A stretch of 33,913 bases of DNA from Patescibacteria group bacterium. GTDB taxonomy: Bacteria; Patescibacteriota; Minisyncoccia; Phycocordibacterales; GWA1-40-21. Of the stretch, positions 7,435 through 16,038 are shown in pieces; positions within the stretch are counted from its first letter, which is position 1, and every line of letters begins with the position of its first letter. A program made the translations under genes and the position numbers. Location: the NCBI GenBank assembly GCA_038078215.1, contig JBBUED010000003.1, forward strand, positions 8,099 to 42,011. The letters run 5' to 3'. The notes under the pieces were generated by a model, which was not told the origin of the DNA, ran no database searches, and saw nothing but the letters and a program-made list of their open reading frames with translations.

Positions 7435-8781
7435 TCACAACATTCCTCTTATTTGATTTATTTCTTTATTTAAAATTAAATCAGTTTTAATATCATTTTT
7501 TATTTTTTCATATGAATGAATAACCGTCGTGTGGTCTCTCCCTCCCAGTTTCTCGCCTATTGATGGGTATGATATGTTAAAATCTTCCCTTAAAATATAC
7601 ATAATTATCTGTCTTGGTTTAACAACTTCTTTTTTTCTTGTTTTTTTATACACAATATCATCTTCTAAATTATAAAAATCAGAAATAATTTTAATCACTT
7701 CTTTTACAGAAATTAATTTTTTAGGCTTAATATTGTTTTTTATGAGGTTTTTAATCTCATTAAGGTTCATTTCTTTGTTTTTAAGTTGGGTTTGACAAAG
7801 TATTGAGTTTAAAACACCCTCAAGTTCTCTAATATTTCCCTCAATTGAGGAGGCCAAATACTCTATTGTTTCCATAGGCAACGTCAGGTTTGAGTTTAAG
7901 GACTTTTTCTTTAATATTTGAATTCTTGATTCTATGTCTGGTGCCGGAATTTCAACAATCATACCGGCGTTAAATCTTGATTTTACGCGCTCTTCCAGTC
8001 CTTGTATGAAATTCGGATGCTTATCTGATGAAAACACCAGTTGTTTATTGTTGTCTTGCAGGGCGTTAAAAAGATGGAAAAATTCCTCTTGTATTTTTTG
8101 TTTGCTGGCAAAAAATTGTATATCATCAATTATTAAAAGGTCGTATTTTCTATACTGTTCCTTGAAAAGATTAACCTTTCCGTTGTTTAAAGAGTTTATG
8201 TATTCTTGCGCGAATTTATCGGATGTTAGATAAAAAACCTTCTTTTCCTTGTTGTTTGTTTTCGCGTAATTCCCTATCGCTTGTATTAGGTGTGTTTTCC
8301 CGTGCCCTGTGTTTCCGTATATAAACAACGGATTATAAACAGCAGTTTTTTTGATTATCGCTTGGGACGCGGCGTGAGCGAGATCGTTAAACGGACCAAC
8401 GATAAAAGAATCAAATGTGTAGCGGGGGTTCAAATTATCTTCTTTGTTGATGTAAAAATCTTGAAGCGGCAATTCATTTATTGTTTGGGCGACGACAGGG
8501 CGACCGCCGGCCTCCCCTCTTTTTATCGGTGTCTCCTTTGATACTAAATACTCAACACCTCTTACGTAATCGGCAAAACCTCTCAAACTTTTTAAAATCT
8601 GTTTGTGGTATTTATTATTCAACCAATCTTTCACAAAAACACTGGGAACGCTCAAATAAACAACCCCATCTTCTTGTTTTACGACAAGCGTGTCTTTGAA
8701 CCACATGCTGAAATTAGCCTTAGAGATGTTAAGTTCAATCTCAACCAAGACGTTGTCCCAAAGTTTTTTGTTTTCTACCAT
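7435..8781 (-). CDS. dnaA: Chromosomal replication initiator DnaA
   Basis: Walker A GNTGHGKTHL, Walker B LLIIDDIQF, and the C-terminal DNA-binding domain (IGEKLGGRDHTTVIHSYEKI). Confidence 0.95.
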   Translation of the reverse strand: MVENKKLWDNVLVEIELNISKANFSMWFKDTLVVKQEDGVVYLSVPSVFVKDWLNNKYHKQILKSLRGFADYVRGVEYLVSKETPIKRGEAGGRPVVAQTINELPLQDFYINKEDNLNPRYTFDSFIVGPFNDLAHAASQAIIKKTAVYNPLFIYGNTGHGKTHLIQAIGNYAKTNNKEKKVFYLTSDKFAQEYINSLNNGKVNLFKEQYRKYDLLIIDDIQFFASKQKIQEEFFHLFNALQDNNKQLVFSSDKHPNFIQGLEERVKSRFNAGMIVEIPAPDIESRIQILKKKSLNSNLTLPMETIEYLASSIEGNIRELEGVLNSILCQTQLKNKEMNLNEIKNLIKNNIKPKKLISVKEVIKIISDFYNLEDDIVYKKTRKKEVVKPRQIIMYILREDFNISYPSIGEKLGGRDHTTVIHSYEKIKNDIKTDLILNKEINQIRGML

Positions 8782-8874
8782 ATATAAAGTTTATGATAGT
8801 CCAAGTATATACCTTAATTATAATTATAAAACTTGCTAAATAAGTGTCATTGTGTTTATAATTTGTTTATAACT

Positions 8875-8883
8875 TGTGGATTA
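8875..8883 (-). promoter_or_regulatory. DnaA-box-like 9-mer (TAATCCACA) in the dnaA-rpmH divergent spacer
   Basis: Plus strand tgtggatta; 1 mismatch to the consensus. Confidence 0.3.
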
Positions 8884-8928
8884 TTAAATTATTTTAAATT
8901 TTTAATTATATTTATCATATAAAACATT

Positions 8929-9063
8929 ATGTCTTTCACTTACAATCCTAAAAAAGGAAAAAGATTAAAAACTCACGGCTTTTTGGTCAGACAAAAAACA
9001 AAAGGAGGAAAAAATACAATAAAAAGAAGAAGGCAGAAAGGCAGAAGAAAAATAACTGTCTAA
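8929..9063 (+). CDS. rpmH: 50S ribosomal protein L34
   Basis: 44-aa ORF not in the track: MSFTYNPKKGKRLKTHGFLVRQKTKGGKNTIKRRRQKGRRKITV. It shows the L34 signature (KRxxxHGF..R) and the classic position divergent from dnaA and upstream of rnpA. Confidence 0.9.
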   Translation: MSFTYNPKKGKRLKTHGFLVRQKTKGGKNTIKRRRQKGRRKITV

Positions 9064-9077
9064 TTCGCCAGTTTCTT

Positions 9078-9419
9078 ATGTTGAAAAAGAAAAATAAGGT
9101 TAACACGGCTCTGTTTAAGGTTGTTATCAAGAAAGGGTCTAGTTATTTTAGCCAAAACATTTCTCTAAAAATCATCAAAATGGCGGATACGGAGCATAAA
9201 TTTGGGGTCTCTGTTTCAAAAAAAGAGCTAAAAACGGCGGTAAAAAGAAACTTGTTGAAAAGAAGGGTGTTGTCAATCCTGCAAAAAATTGAGCCGAAAA
9301 TCAGCGCCGGCTTTGGTTGCGTCTTTTTTTTAAAAAAGGGAGCGCTGGATATTCCCTATCAAGCGCTTCTAGACGAAATTCTTTTTTTGTTAAAAAAAGC
9401 AAATTTGATTAGATTATAG
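9078..9419 (+). CDS. rnpA: Ribonuclease P protein component
   Basis: Basic 113-aa protein directly after rpmH; RNR-like motif AVKRNLLKRRVLSIL. Confidence 0.7.
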   Translation: MLKKKNKVNTALFKVVIKKGSSYFSQNISLKIIKMADTEHKFGVSVSKKELKTAVKRNLLKRRVLSILQKIEPKISAGFGCVFFLKKGALDIPYQALLDEILFLLKKANLIRL

Positions 9420-9540
9420 TTTATAGTGGTTAGCGGTTAGACAAAAAGACAGTAATAATTATTTAATTCCTAATTGATCTAATTTCTAATCAAATCCCAA
9501 TTTCTAAACCTAAAACCTATAAATTAAAACCTAACCCGCC
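9417..9540. repeat. GGTTAG/CCTAA-type inverted low-complexity repeats in the rnpA-yidC spacer
   Basis: G-rich arm tagtttatagtggttagcggttagac (9417-9442) and C-rich arm ctaaacctaaaacctataaattaaaacctaacccgcc (9504-9540). Confidence 0.5.
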
Positions 9541-9585
9541 GATTTTGGCTTGGTGACAAATTTATGTATAATATAATTTTAAAAA

Positions 9586-10332
9586 ATGTCATATTTATTT
9601 AATTTATTTTTCTATGAACCTCTGTATAACGGGTTAATTTTCTTGATAGGCGTTCTCCCTTGGGCTGACATTGGTATTGTGGTTGTTCTTTTTACCTGCA
9701 TAGTGAAGCTAATACTCTTTCCTCTTTCCAAGAAGTCCGTGCTGACTCAAATCAGGATGAAGGAGATTCAACCGGAGCTGGACGCCATAAAAGAAAAGCA
9801 CAAAGAAAACAAACAAGAACAAGCTTTGAAAGTGATGGCTTTATATAAGGAGAGGAAAATCAACCCTTTTTCCGGAATACTGCTCATATTTATTCAAATC
9901 CCGATAATTTTCGCTCTGTACTTCGTCTTTTTAAAAGGAGGGTTGCCGGAAATAAAAAATGATTTGCTCTATTCTTTTGTTAAAATTCCATCATCAATAG
10001 ACATTTCATTTCTGGGTTTTTTGGATATAACTCAAAAAAGCTACTTAATGGCTTTTATGGCTGCCATAACTCAATTTTTTCAGGTTAAATTGGCTATACC
10101 CAAAACCAAAAAAACAAATCCGAATCAAAGTTCGTTCAAAGACGATTTGGCCAAAAGCATGAGCCTTCAGATGAAGTACATTCTTCCTGTCATAATATTT
10201 TTTATAGCAAGAGGTTTGCCGGCGGTCGTGGCTTTGTATTGGGCGACAAGCAATCTTTTTACCATTGGACAAGAGTTGTATCTAAGAAGGACGAGGAAAA
10301 ATATAATAACAGAGGCAGGGGCTAGGTTATAG
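9586..10332 (+). CDS. yidC: Membrane protein insertase YidC (short form)
   Basis: 248 aa, multi-TM, following rpmH-rnpA. YidC/Oxa1-like segments: PLSKKSVLTQIRMKEIQPEL..., KINPFSGILLIFIQIPIIFALY and PAVVALYWATSNLFTIGQ. Confidence 0.85.
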   Translation: MSYLFNLFFYEPLYNGLIFLIGVLPWADIGIVVVLFTCIVKLILFPLSKKSVLTQIRMKEIQPELDAIKEKHKENKQEQALKVMALYKERKINPFSGILLIFIQIPIIFALYFVFLKGGLPEIKNDLLYSFVKIPSSIDISFLGFLDITQKSYLMAFMAAITQFFQVKLAIPKTKKTNPNQSSFKDDLAKSMSLQMKYILPVIIFFIARGLPAVVALYWATSNLFTIGQELYLRRTRKNIITEAGARL

Positions 10333-10342
10333 TGATTAGTGT

Positions 10343-10456
10343 GAATTGCGAAATTCCATTATTCGCGGAACACGCATAATTTTCGGCTGAAAATTTGCTC
10401 TGCTCGCGCAAGCCGCGCTTGCGCAAGTTTCCACTCATAACGGAATTTAGCAATTC
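10343..10456. repeat. Hairpin element with GAATTRCGAAA termini (copy 1)
   Basis: gaattgcgaaattcc (10343-10357) pairs with ggaatttagcaattc (10442-10456), 15 nt with 1 mismatch. Inner sub-hairpins: ttttcggctgaaaa and gcgcaagccgcgcttgcgc. The termini match those of the 13533-13665 element. Confidence 0.6.
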
Positions 10457-10535
10457 AAGACAGTCGGGTTTGGCACAGAAGAATAAAACATTTCATATTC
10501 TTATTCTTTCTTTACTAGCAACGATAACCTAGTCA

Positions 10536-11786
10536 CTAAAAATTGTTTTGTCTGTCTTGTTTCTTAAGAGAAAGACTCCAAAAAGTAAGGTCTTTTTTGT
10601 TGGTGAAAAATAAATACTCGTCATCGCCGCTCAAAAAAGGATCTATCACATCAAATTTATTACTACCCTCTTTCCCAAAATCAAAGACAAGCTCTGAAGA
10701 ATTTGTTTTAATGTTAACTCGCCATACGCTGTCATTAAAAGATATTAAACCCTGATACCAGCTGTCCGGGTATTCCCCGCTCTCTATTGTTTTGGGTATC
10801 GCGCAATAGACGACGAACTCTTCAGTCTTGCTCCAGACACATTTTTCCGGCAAAGTTTTGAATGAAAGCGTCTTATTTAGACTGCTTTTCAAGTCATAAT
10901 AATTCAGCCTTATTGAACCATCGAAACTTTCCGAATACAAAATATTTTTTGCCGTTCCGTCAACGAGAGAGGTCAGTCCGTTTATGCCGCTCAAAATTTT
11001 GTTTGCGCCGCCCGTTTTGCTGTTTAAGAAAAAAAGATAACCGGCGGCCGCGAAACTCGGCTTGGTGGCGAGCGTGATGGTTTCTTTGTTCGGCCACGAA
11101 ACCAACCACTCCATAATTGCGGATCGGAATATCCGATTTTTATTGGAGCCGTCCGTGTTGGATATCACACCTGCCGATTCGCCGCTTGTATTTATCAAGT
11201 AAAAAATTTTATCTCCGGCGGGATTCATTGATAATTGGATTATGTCTGAAGACAGAAAGGCGCTTTTCGGATTTTTACTCACATCTTGGGTGGTCGTCGC
11301 TTTTATAATATTGGCTGAAAAACTGGAAATTCTATCCGCTCCGTCTTTCAGGTAGCGCATAACAACCGTTTGTCCGGCGGGCGACCATATCGCTTGAGGC
11401 ACTTTAGGCACTGTGGCGTTGGATATTTTTGTTGACTCAAAAGAATCGCTGGTTGTTTCAACTATGTGCCCCGTTCCCCTCTCAACATAGCGAATGACAG
11501 TTGCGCTGCCGTTATTGAAAGCTATCCCCCCCGCGACAGGCTTGTCCGATATTTGTCTTAAGATTGGCATTTCCTCTTTATTTTCCACTGAACTCTGATT
11601 GTCTGTATTCGGACCGGATTCGGTTTGGGTATCCCCGCCTCCAAAATAAGAAGTTTCGGACGATGGACTCGTTGCGGTTTGCGCCGGAACCTCCTGTTTT
11701 ATGTATTTGTTCCAAAAATAAAACAAACCCGAAGCCAGAAGCGCGGCGATTATTAGCAATATTATAATTTTGTTTTTCGTTGACAT
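10536..11786 (-). CDS. Membrane-anchored hypothetical protein, beta-propeller-like (TolB/PD40-like) ectodomain, tentative
   Basis: N-terminal TM helix (IIILLIIAALLASGLFYFW), a low-complexity linker, then repeated beta-strand-rich segments (WSPAGQTVV..., GDKIFYL..., DDEYLFFT). Last gene of the minus-strand array, 4 nt after the pilin-like gene. Confidence 0.55.
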   Translation of the reverse strand: MSTKNKIIILLIIAALLASGLFYFWNKYIKQEVPAQTATSPSSETSYFGGGDTQTESGPNTDNQSSVENKEEMPILRQISDKPVAGGIAFNNGSATVIRYVERGTGHIVETTSDSFESTKISNATVPKVPQAIWSPAGQTVVMRYLKDGADRISSFSANIIKATTTQDVSKNPKSAFLSSDIIQLSMNPAGDKIFYLINTSGESAGVISNTDGSNKNRIFRSAIMEWLVSWPNKETITLATKPSFAAAGYLFFLNSKTGGANKILSGINGLTSLVDGTAKNILYSESFDGSIRLNYYDLKSSLNKTLSFKTLPEKCVWSKTEEFVVYCAIPKTIESGEYPDSWYQGLISFNDSVWRVNIKTNSSELVFDFGKEGSNKFDVIDPFLSGDDEYLFFTNKKDLTFWSLSLKKQDRQNNF

Positions 11787-11790
11787 AATA

Positions 11791-12372
11791 TTATATTGAA
11801 ATTGGTTCTGAAGGAGGGTCTATTTCGGAGGCGTCATCTTCAGTGGTCTCATTGTCGCCACTGTCCGTATTATCACCGGCATTGTCGCCCGTCGTTTCAC
11901 CACTGGAATAGTCATCGCTCTCATTTGTCTGTTCGCCGTCTTGGTTTGTGCTTGTCGTCGTCTCCACATTCAAATTAAAGTCAGTCAATTTCGGATTTAT
12001 CGTATACAAAAGAATCCAAGAAACAAGCACTAACACAAGCCCCCACAGAGCGTTTTGAATTCTTTCTTTTCCTTCAGACTTGCCCTGTATGGCGTCAGTG
12101 GTTATGTATTCCACCCCGCCTATGATAATCATAAGCACGGCTAAAACTCCAGCGATTCCTATGGCTAATTTGAAAATACCGGGAATATAAGTCTGAATGT
12201 TAGTGGTTCCTTCTTCATTTGTTGTGCCGGGAAGCGGAGCGAGGGGGGTGTATTCATCCCATGAGGTTGAAGTGTTTTCTGCCAGAGCAAAACCAGCTAA
12301 GCTTCCAAAGACCACGAAGCCCAATCCGAGAGATATTATTATCGCAATTATTTTTTTGTTTTTAAATCTCAT
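11791..12372 (-). CDS. T4SS-pilin-like (VirB2/TrbC-type) secreted membrane protein with a long acidic tail
   Basis: Signal peptide (IIAIIISLGLGFVVFGSLAGFALA) and two hydrophobic helices (IFKLAIGIAGVLAVLMIIIGGVEYI and ALWGLVLVLVSWILLYTINP) separated by a charged loop (QGKSEGKERIQN). This is the layout of the 'type IV secretion system pilin' family common in CPR. The C-terminal ~60 aa are rich in D/E/S/T/G. Confidence 0.6.
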   Translation of the reverse strand: MRFKNKKIIAIIISLGLGFVVFGSLAGFALAENTSTSWDEYTPLAPLPGTTNEEGTTNIQTYIPGIFKLAIGIAGVLAVLMIIIGGVEYITTDAIQGKSEGKERIQNALWGLVLVLVSWILLYTINPKLTDFNLNVETTTSTNQDGEQTNESDDYSSGETTGDNAGDNTDSGDNETTEDDASEIDPPSEPISI

Positions 12373-12378
12373 ATCTGT

Positions 12379-13428
12379 TTAAAACGATACTGTTTTATTA
12401 CCTCCGCCACCTTCAAAATTCAACAGCGCATCCGTTCTGGCCGATTGCAGTTCCTTGCTGTTGTTTTCATTTCGCAGTTCAACCGAAATTCTTGCCGAGC
12501 CCTTGGCGCCTTCGGCGTTGCGGAAAGTCACTTGTCTCTCATTTTGCTTGTCATTTATGCTTCGCCCATTCATGCTCCAATTGTATTTTATCTTTTGGCC
12601 GCCCGCATCCTCTTTGCTGAAGAAATAAGGTATTGCAACGAGAGTGATCTCGTTGTCGCTCAATTTATATTCTCCAGCTATCGCTTTATCGTAAATTATC
12701 CCATGCAAGGGACTGTTTTCATACATAATGGTTTTTGGCTCCACCGGCTCCAAAACGATGCTTCCGGAAGCTTTAATTTTCTTGTCGGACGACATTACTT
12801 CAACTTCTATTTCGGACGGGTCGGACAATATTGATTTTGAAAAACTGAATTTGTTTTTGCCGTACCCGGACACATCACCCAGGACTTTGCTGTTTTTAGT
12901 CCATTTGTACGTAAGATTGTCGGGATTGATTTTCACGCCTTCCGAATTGATTATGTTCGGCGCGGCAATGACCGTTATAAGACTTTGATAGCCGTAAAGG
13001 GCCTTGCCTTTGTAGAAAGGCGGGGTGTAGGAGTCTGCCTCCCAGAGAAGATCAACCCCTGCTGGTCTTATCACCAAAGTTTTTTCAATAGTTTTGCCTT
13101 CTTTCGTTTTAATAATCGCTTTTATAAAAGAAACGCTCCCGACGCCACCCGTCTTAAAGGAAAAAAATTTCTTGCCCAATCCTTTTTCTTTGATGGTCCC
13201 GTCAAGCGCCCATATTATTTCCGATGAATTCAAGTCAAAAGAAAAACTTTCAAGTCTGACGGAGACATTTTCGTTGGGACTCGGGGAGGATGGGGTTGTT
13301 ATTATTTCAGCCGAGTCTTTTATGTCATTCACATTCGCCGATTTTAATTGAGCGCCCGCTTTATTAAAAGTAAAAATCAAAAAAAGAGAGAATGAGACCA
13401 AGAATAATTTTGTAAATTTATTTTGCAT
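12379..13428 (-). CDS. Secreted hypothetical protein with about three Ig-like/beta-sandwich repeats
   Basis: Signal peptide (LFLVSFSLFLIFTFNKAGA). Repeated modules carry IIWALDG, LTYKWTKNSKVLG and IKYNWSMNGRSI motifs. Confidence 0.6.
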   Translation of the reverse strand: MQNKFTKLFLVSFSLFLIFTFNKAGAQLKSANVNDIKDSAEIITTPSSPSPNENVSVRLESFSFDLNSSEIIWALDGTIKEKGLGKKFFSFKTGGVGSVSFIKAIIKTKEGKTIEKTLVIRPAGVDLLWEADSYTPPFYKGKALYGYQSLITVIAAPNIINSEGVKINPDNLTYKWTKNSKVLGDVSGYGKNKFSFSKSILSDPSEIEVEVMSSDKKIKASGSIVLEPVEPKTIMYENSPLHGIIYDKAIAGEYKLSDNEITLVAIPYFFSKEDAGGQKIKYNWSMNGRSINDKQNERQVTFRNAEGAKGSARISVELRNENNSKELQSARTDALLNFEGGGGNKTVSF

Positions 13429-13532
13429 AAGAGATTTTTTGGGAAATGATGTTTAAAGCTGGCATTATTTTACCACAACCGCTTCAATCTTGACCATTTT
13501 TGTTTATCTTTAAGAAAGGCGTCTATTTCTAT

Positions 13533-13665
13533 GAATTACGAAACTCGTCGAGGCGGGCTATTTTGAAGGGGTTTTGAGCGCGACGGCGCGAAAATTTCAG
13601 GATTTTTTAAGCTTCAAAAAATCCGTACCTTCAAAATAGCCCGCCGAGTAAGAGTTTCGTAATTC
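13533..13665. repeat. Long hairpin element with GAATTRCGAAA termini (copy 2)
   Basis: Outer stem gaattacgaaactc (13533-13546) / gagtttcgtaattc (13652-13665). Second stem ggcgggctattttgaagg (13552-13569) / ccttcaaaatagcccgcc (13628-13645), 18 bp perfect. An inner hairpin is ggatttttt-aagcttc-aaaaaatcc. Confidence 0.75.
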
Positions 13666-13670
13666 AAAGT

Positions 13671-14066
13671 CTATTTGTTATCTTTAGCGGCGCTGTCAAC
13701 CATGGTTTTGTAAACTTCAGGAAAATGACCCCCAAGAATTTTTTTAGTCTGGAAGAACATAAAGATAACCACTATGGAAAGCGTCCATGCCGGCAAGGCG
13801 TTTAATCCGGGTATAAGCTCTATAAAAAAAGTTCCTACCGTGGTAGCGACGACTTTGGAATCAAATTTTGATCCCACCAATCTAAACCACAGGAAAAAAG
13901 TGAGCCAAGCGAAAATGCTGACCCCGCTTGTTATTGTCCATGCCAGTATAAAACCAACATAAGGAATGAAGTTCATCAAATCCGCTCCAAACTGAATCCC
14001 GTCAAAGAAAAGAGCGACAGCAATCATCGCCCACATTGTTATTTTGTTTATTTCTTGGTCTTCCAT
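13671..14066 (-). CDS. Small polytopic membrane protein (131 aa, about 4 TM), unknown function
   Basis: Four hydrophobic segments and no signal-peptide cleavage site. Immediately downstream of the VirB4-like gene. Confidence 0.6.
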   Translation of the reverse strand: MEDQEINKITMWAMIAVALFFDGIQFGADLMNFIPYVGFILAWTITSGVSIFAWLTFFLWFRLVGSKFDSKVVATTVGTFFIELIPGLNALPAWTLSIVVIFMFFQTKKILGGHFPEVYKTMVDSAAKDNK

Positions 14067-14082
14067 ATTTGTTTAGGGTAAT

Positions 14083-14152
14083 AGCTTGTAGTTTATTAGC
14101 TTTTTAGTATCGGGCTCTTAATCTTACCTAACAAGCTACAAGCTAAAAAGCT
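14083..14152. repeat. AGCT-periodic repeat pair between the VirB4-like gene and the 131-aa gene
   Basis: agcttgtagtttattagctttttag (14083-14107) and cctaacaagctacaagctaaaaagct (14127-14152), in opposite orientations. Confidence 0.6.
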
Positions 14153-14159
14153 TCCCCTC

Positions 14160-15974
14160 CTAACCAATCGCTTCCATCTCCTCCTTGGCTTTTTTAATCG
14201 CCAAAAGTTGGGATGGGTCGGAAGTTATTATCTGGTCTTCGGTGTATGAGGCGATTATTTTGATGGCGACATGTTTTAACCCCACGAAGAACATTCCCTC
14301 CCCAACATCGGATTCAAGCAGAAGATATTTTTCTTCTTCCGTTAGGTTGAATATTCTCTGAAGATTGTCTATCGTGGATGATGACTGCTTTAACAAAACT
14401 TGAATGGATGAGTTGCTGATAATAGGCATTCCGTAGGGGGATTTAAGGAAGTCATCCACATCCTGCGTGATCGTGGCAAGCCCGAGATAATATTTTCGTC
14501 CTCTTTTCGCCAAGCTAAAGAGGAATGACGCCGTGTCCTCCGATTTCATCATCCACCAAGCCTCGTCAATAACCAAAAGTCGTTTCTTCAAAGTTTTTCT
14601 GATAGCGTTCCAGATAAAGTGCGTGACTATATACATCGCCACGGGCTTGAGCTCGTCTTCCATATCTCTTATGGAGAAGACTATGAACTTGCTGTTTATG
14701 TCCACATTGGTCGGGCGATTGATAAACCCCGCCCATGTGCCTTTGGTGTATTTTGAAAGTTTTTGCACGAGTCCTTCCGCTCCTTCCATACCCGCGAGCA
14801 CAAGCTCAAAGTCGGAGAGAAGCGGCGGCTCAATGTTGGAAAAATCGGAGTCGGCGGTAATGTCTTTAAGGGCGTAAGTTTCGCTGATGGCGCGGTCAAT
14901 TATGGCGTCTTCTTCTGGAGAGAGTCCGCCGAGCATAATTCTGAAAAGTCCGACGAGGTTGATTATGTTTGAGCGCAAAACATCCGCGGGCGATTCATCC
15001 TCTCTCGCCGTAGGCAAGTCAAAAGGGTTTATATGATTGTTGGAATTAAGAGATATATTGAAATATTTTCCACCGGTCGCTTCGGCCATATATTCGTATT
15101 CTCTCTCCGGGTCAATCACGATTATCTCCGCGCCGAACATAAGTGTTCGCAATATTTCAAGCTTCGCGGCATAAGATTTGCCGGCGCCGGACTTGGCGAA
15201 AATTATGGAGTTGTAATTTTCAAGAGAGAATCGGTCAAAAAGAACTAAGCTGGAATTGTGCCTATTTATTCCATAAAGTATGCCCTTGTCTGAAGTAAGG
15301 TCAAAAGAAATAAACGGGAAAAGGCTTGAGATGGGCGATGAATTTAATTTTGAATACACATTGAGCTCGTCGGACGCTATCGGCAAAACGCTCTTGTATC
15401 CTTGCTCTTGTTGGAAAAGAGCGGGTTTCAAATAAACAAGTTTTGATTCAAGTATTGTCTTTATTTCCGATTCAATTTTATCAAGCTCATTGTCGCTGTC
15501 TCCGTAAATGGTGATGTAAACCGCCACATCAAAAAGTTTTTCTTGCGCCTGCTGAAGATTATCTCTCAAACTTTCAAGGTCTCGGTAAGCGGTGTCTAAT
15601 ATAGGGTCGCGAACCAGCCCTTTTCTTTCCCTTTCGTTGATCTGACTTTGGACTTCGGCGACTTTTTTCTGGAATTGACGGAGCATTTTTTCGGTTTCAA
15701 TCGGATGAATGGATATTGAAATGTCAAAGACTTTGTCCAAGTTTATTACCGGAGAAAACCAGCTTTCCGACAAGTATCGGGGATAGGAAATCACAAAAAA
15801 AGTTCTAGCGATTTTATCGCCCAAATTCAGTCCCTTAGGGGTTATTTTAAGGGCGGACGGCGCGATAATGTCTTGGAGCTCCAAAACGCCGGCCTCGTAT
15901 ATTTCTTGCGGCAAAACCGAAGAAATTGCCACCTGCTTTTCTTTTTTTCCGAATAATTTGTTGAAAAATGACAT
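14160..15974 (-). CDS. VirB4/TrbE/PrgJ-like type IV secretion ATPase
   Basis: Walker A FAKSGAGKSYAAK, VIDPEREY, Walker B RLLVIDEAWWMM, and a VirB4-type N-domain (LNLGDKIARTFFVISYPRYLSESWF). Confidence 0.85.
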   Translation of the reverse strand: MSFFNKLFGKKEKQVAISSVLPQEIYEAGVLELQDIIAPSALKITPKGLNLGDKIARTFFVISYPRYLSESWFSPVINLDKVFDISISIHPIETEKMLRQFQKKVAEVQSQINERERKGLVRDPILDTAYRDLESLRDNLQQAQEKLFDVAVYITIYGDSDNELDKIESEIKTILESKLVYLKPALFQQEQGYKSVLPIASDELNVYSKLNSSPISSLFPFISFDLTSDKGILYGINRHNSSLVLFDRFSLENYNSIIFAKSGAGKSYAAKLEILRTLMFGAEIIVIDPEREYEYMAEATGGKYFNISLNSNNHINPFDLPTAREDESPADVLRSNIINLVGLFRIMLGGLSPEEDAIIDRAISETYALKDITADSDFSNIEPPLLSDFELVLAGMEGAEGLVQKLSKYTKGTWAGFINRPTNVDINSKFIVFSIRDMEDELKPVAMYIVTHFIWNAIRKTLKKRLLVIDEAWWMMKSEDTASFLFSLAKRGRKYYLGLATITQDVDDFLKSPYGMPIISNSSIQVLLKQSSSTIDNLQRIFNLTEEEKYLLLESDVGEGMFFVGLKHVAIKIIASYTEDQIITSDPSQLLAIKKAKEEMEAIG

Positions 15975-16007
15975 AATTTTTTTATTTATTTTCCTTCACC
16001 CTCCCCT

Positions 16008-16036
16008 CTGTCATTCCCGTGAAAACGGGAATCCAG
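16008..16036. repeat. GTCATTCCCG palindromic hairpin
   Basis: ctgtcattcccgt-gaaa-acgggaatccag, between the 212-aa gene stop and the VirB4-like start. The ctgtcattcccg arm recurs at 23956-23968. Confidence 0.5.
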
Positions 16037-16038
16037 TT

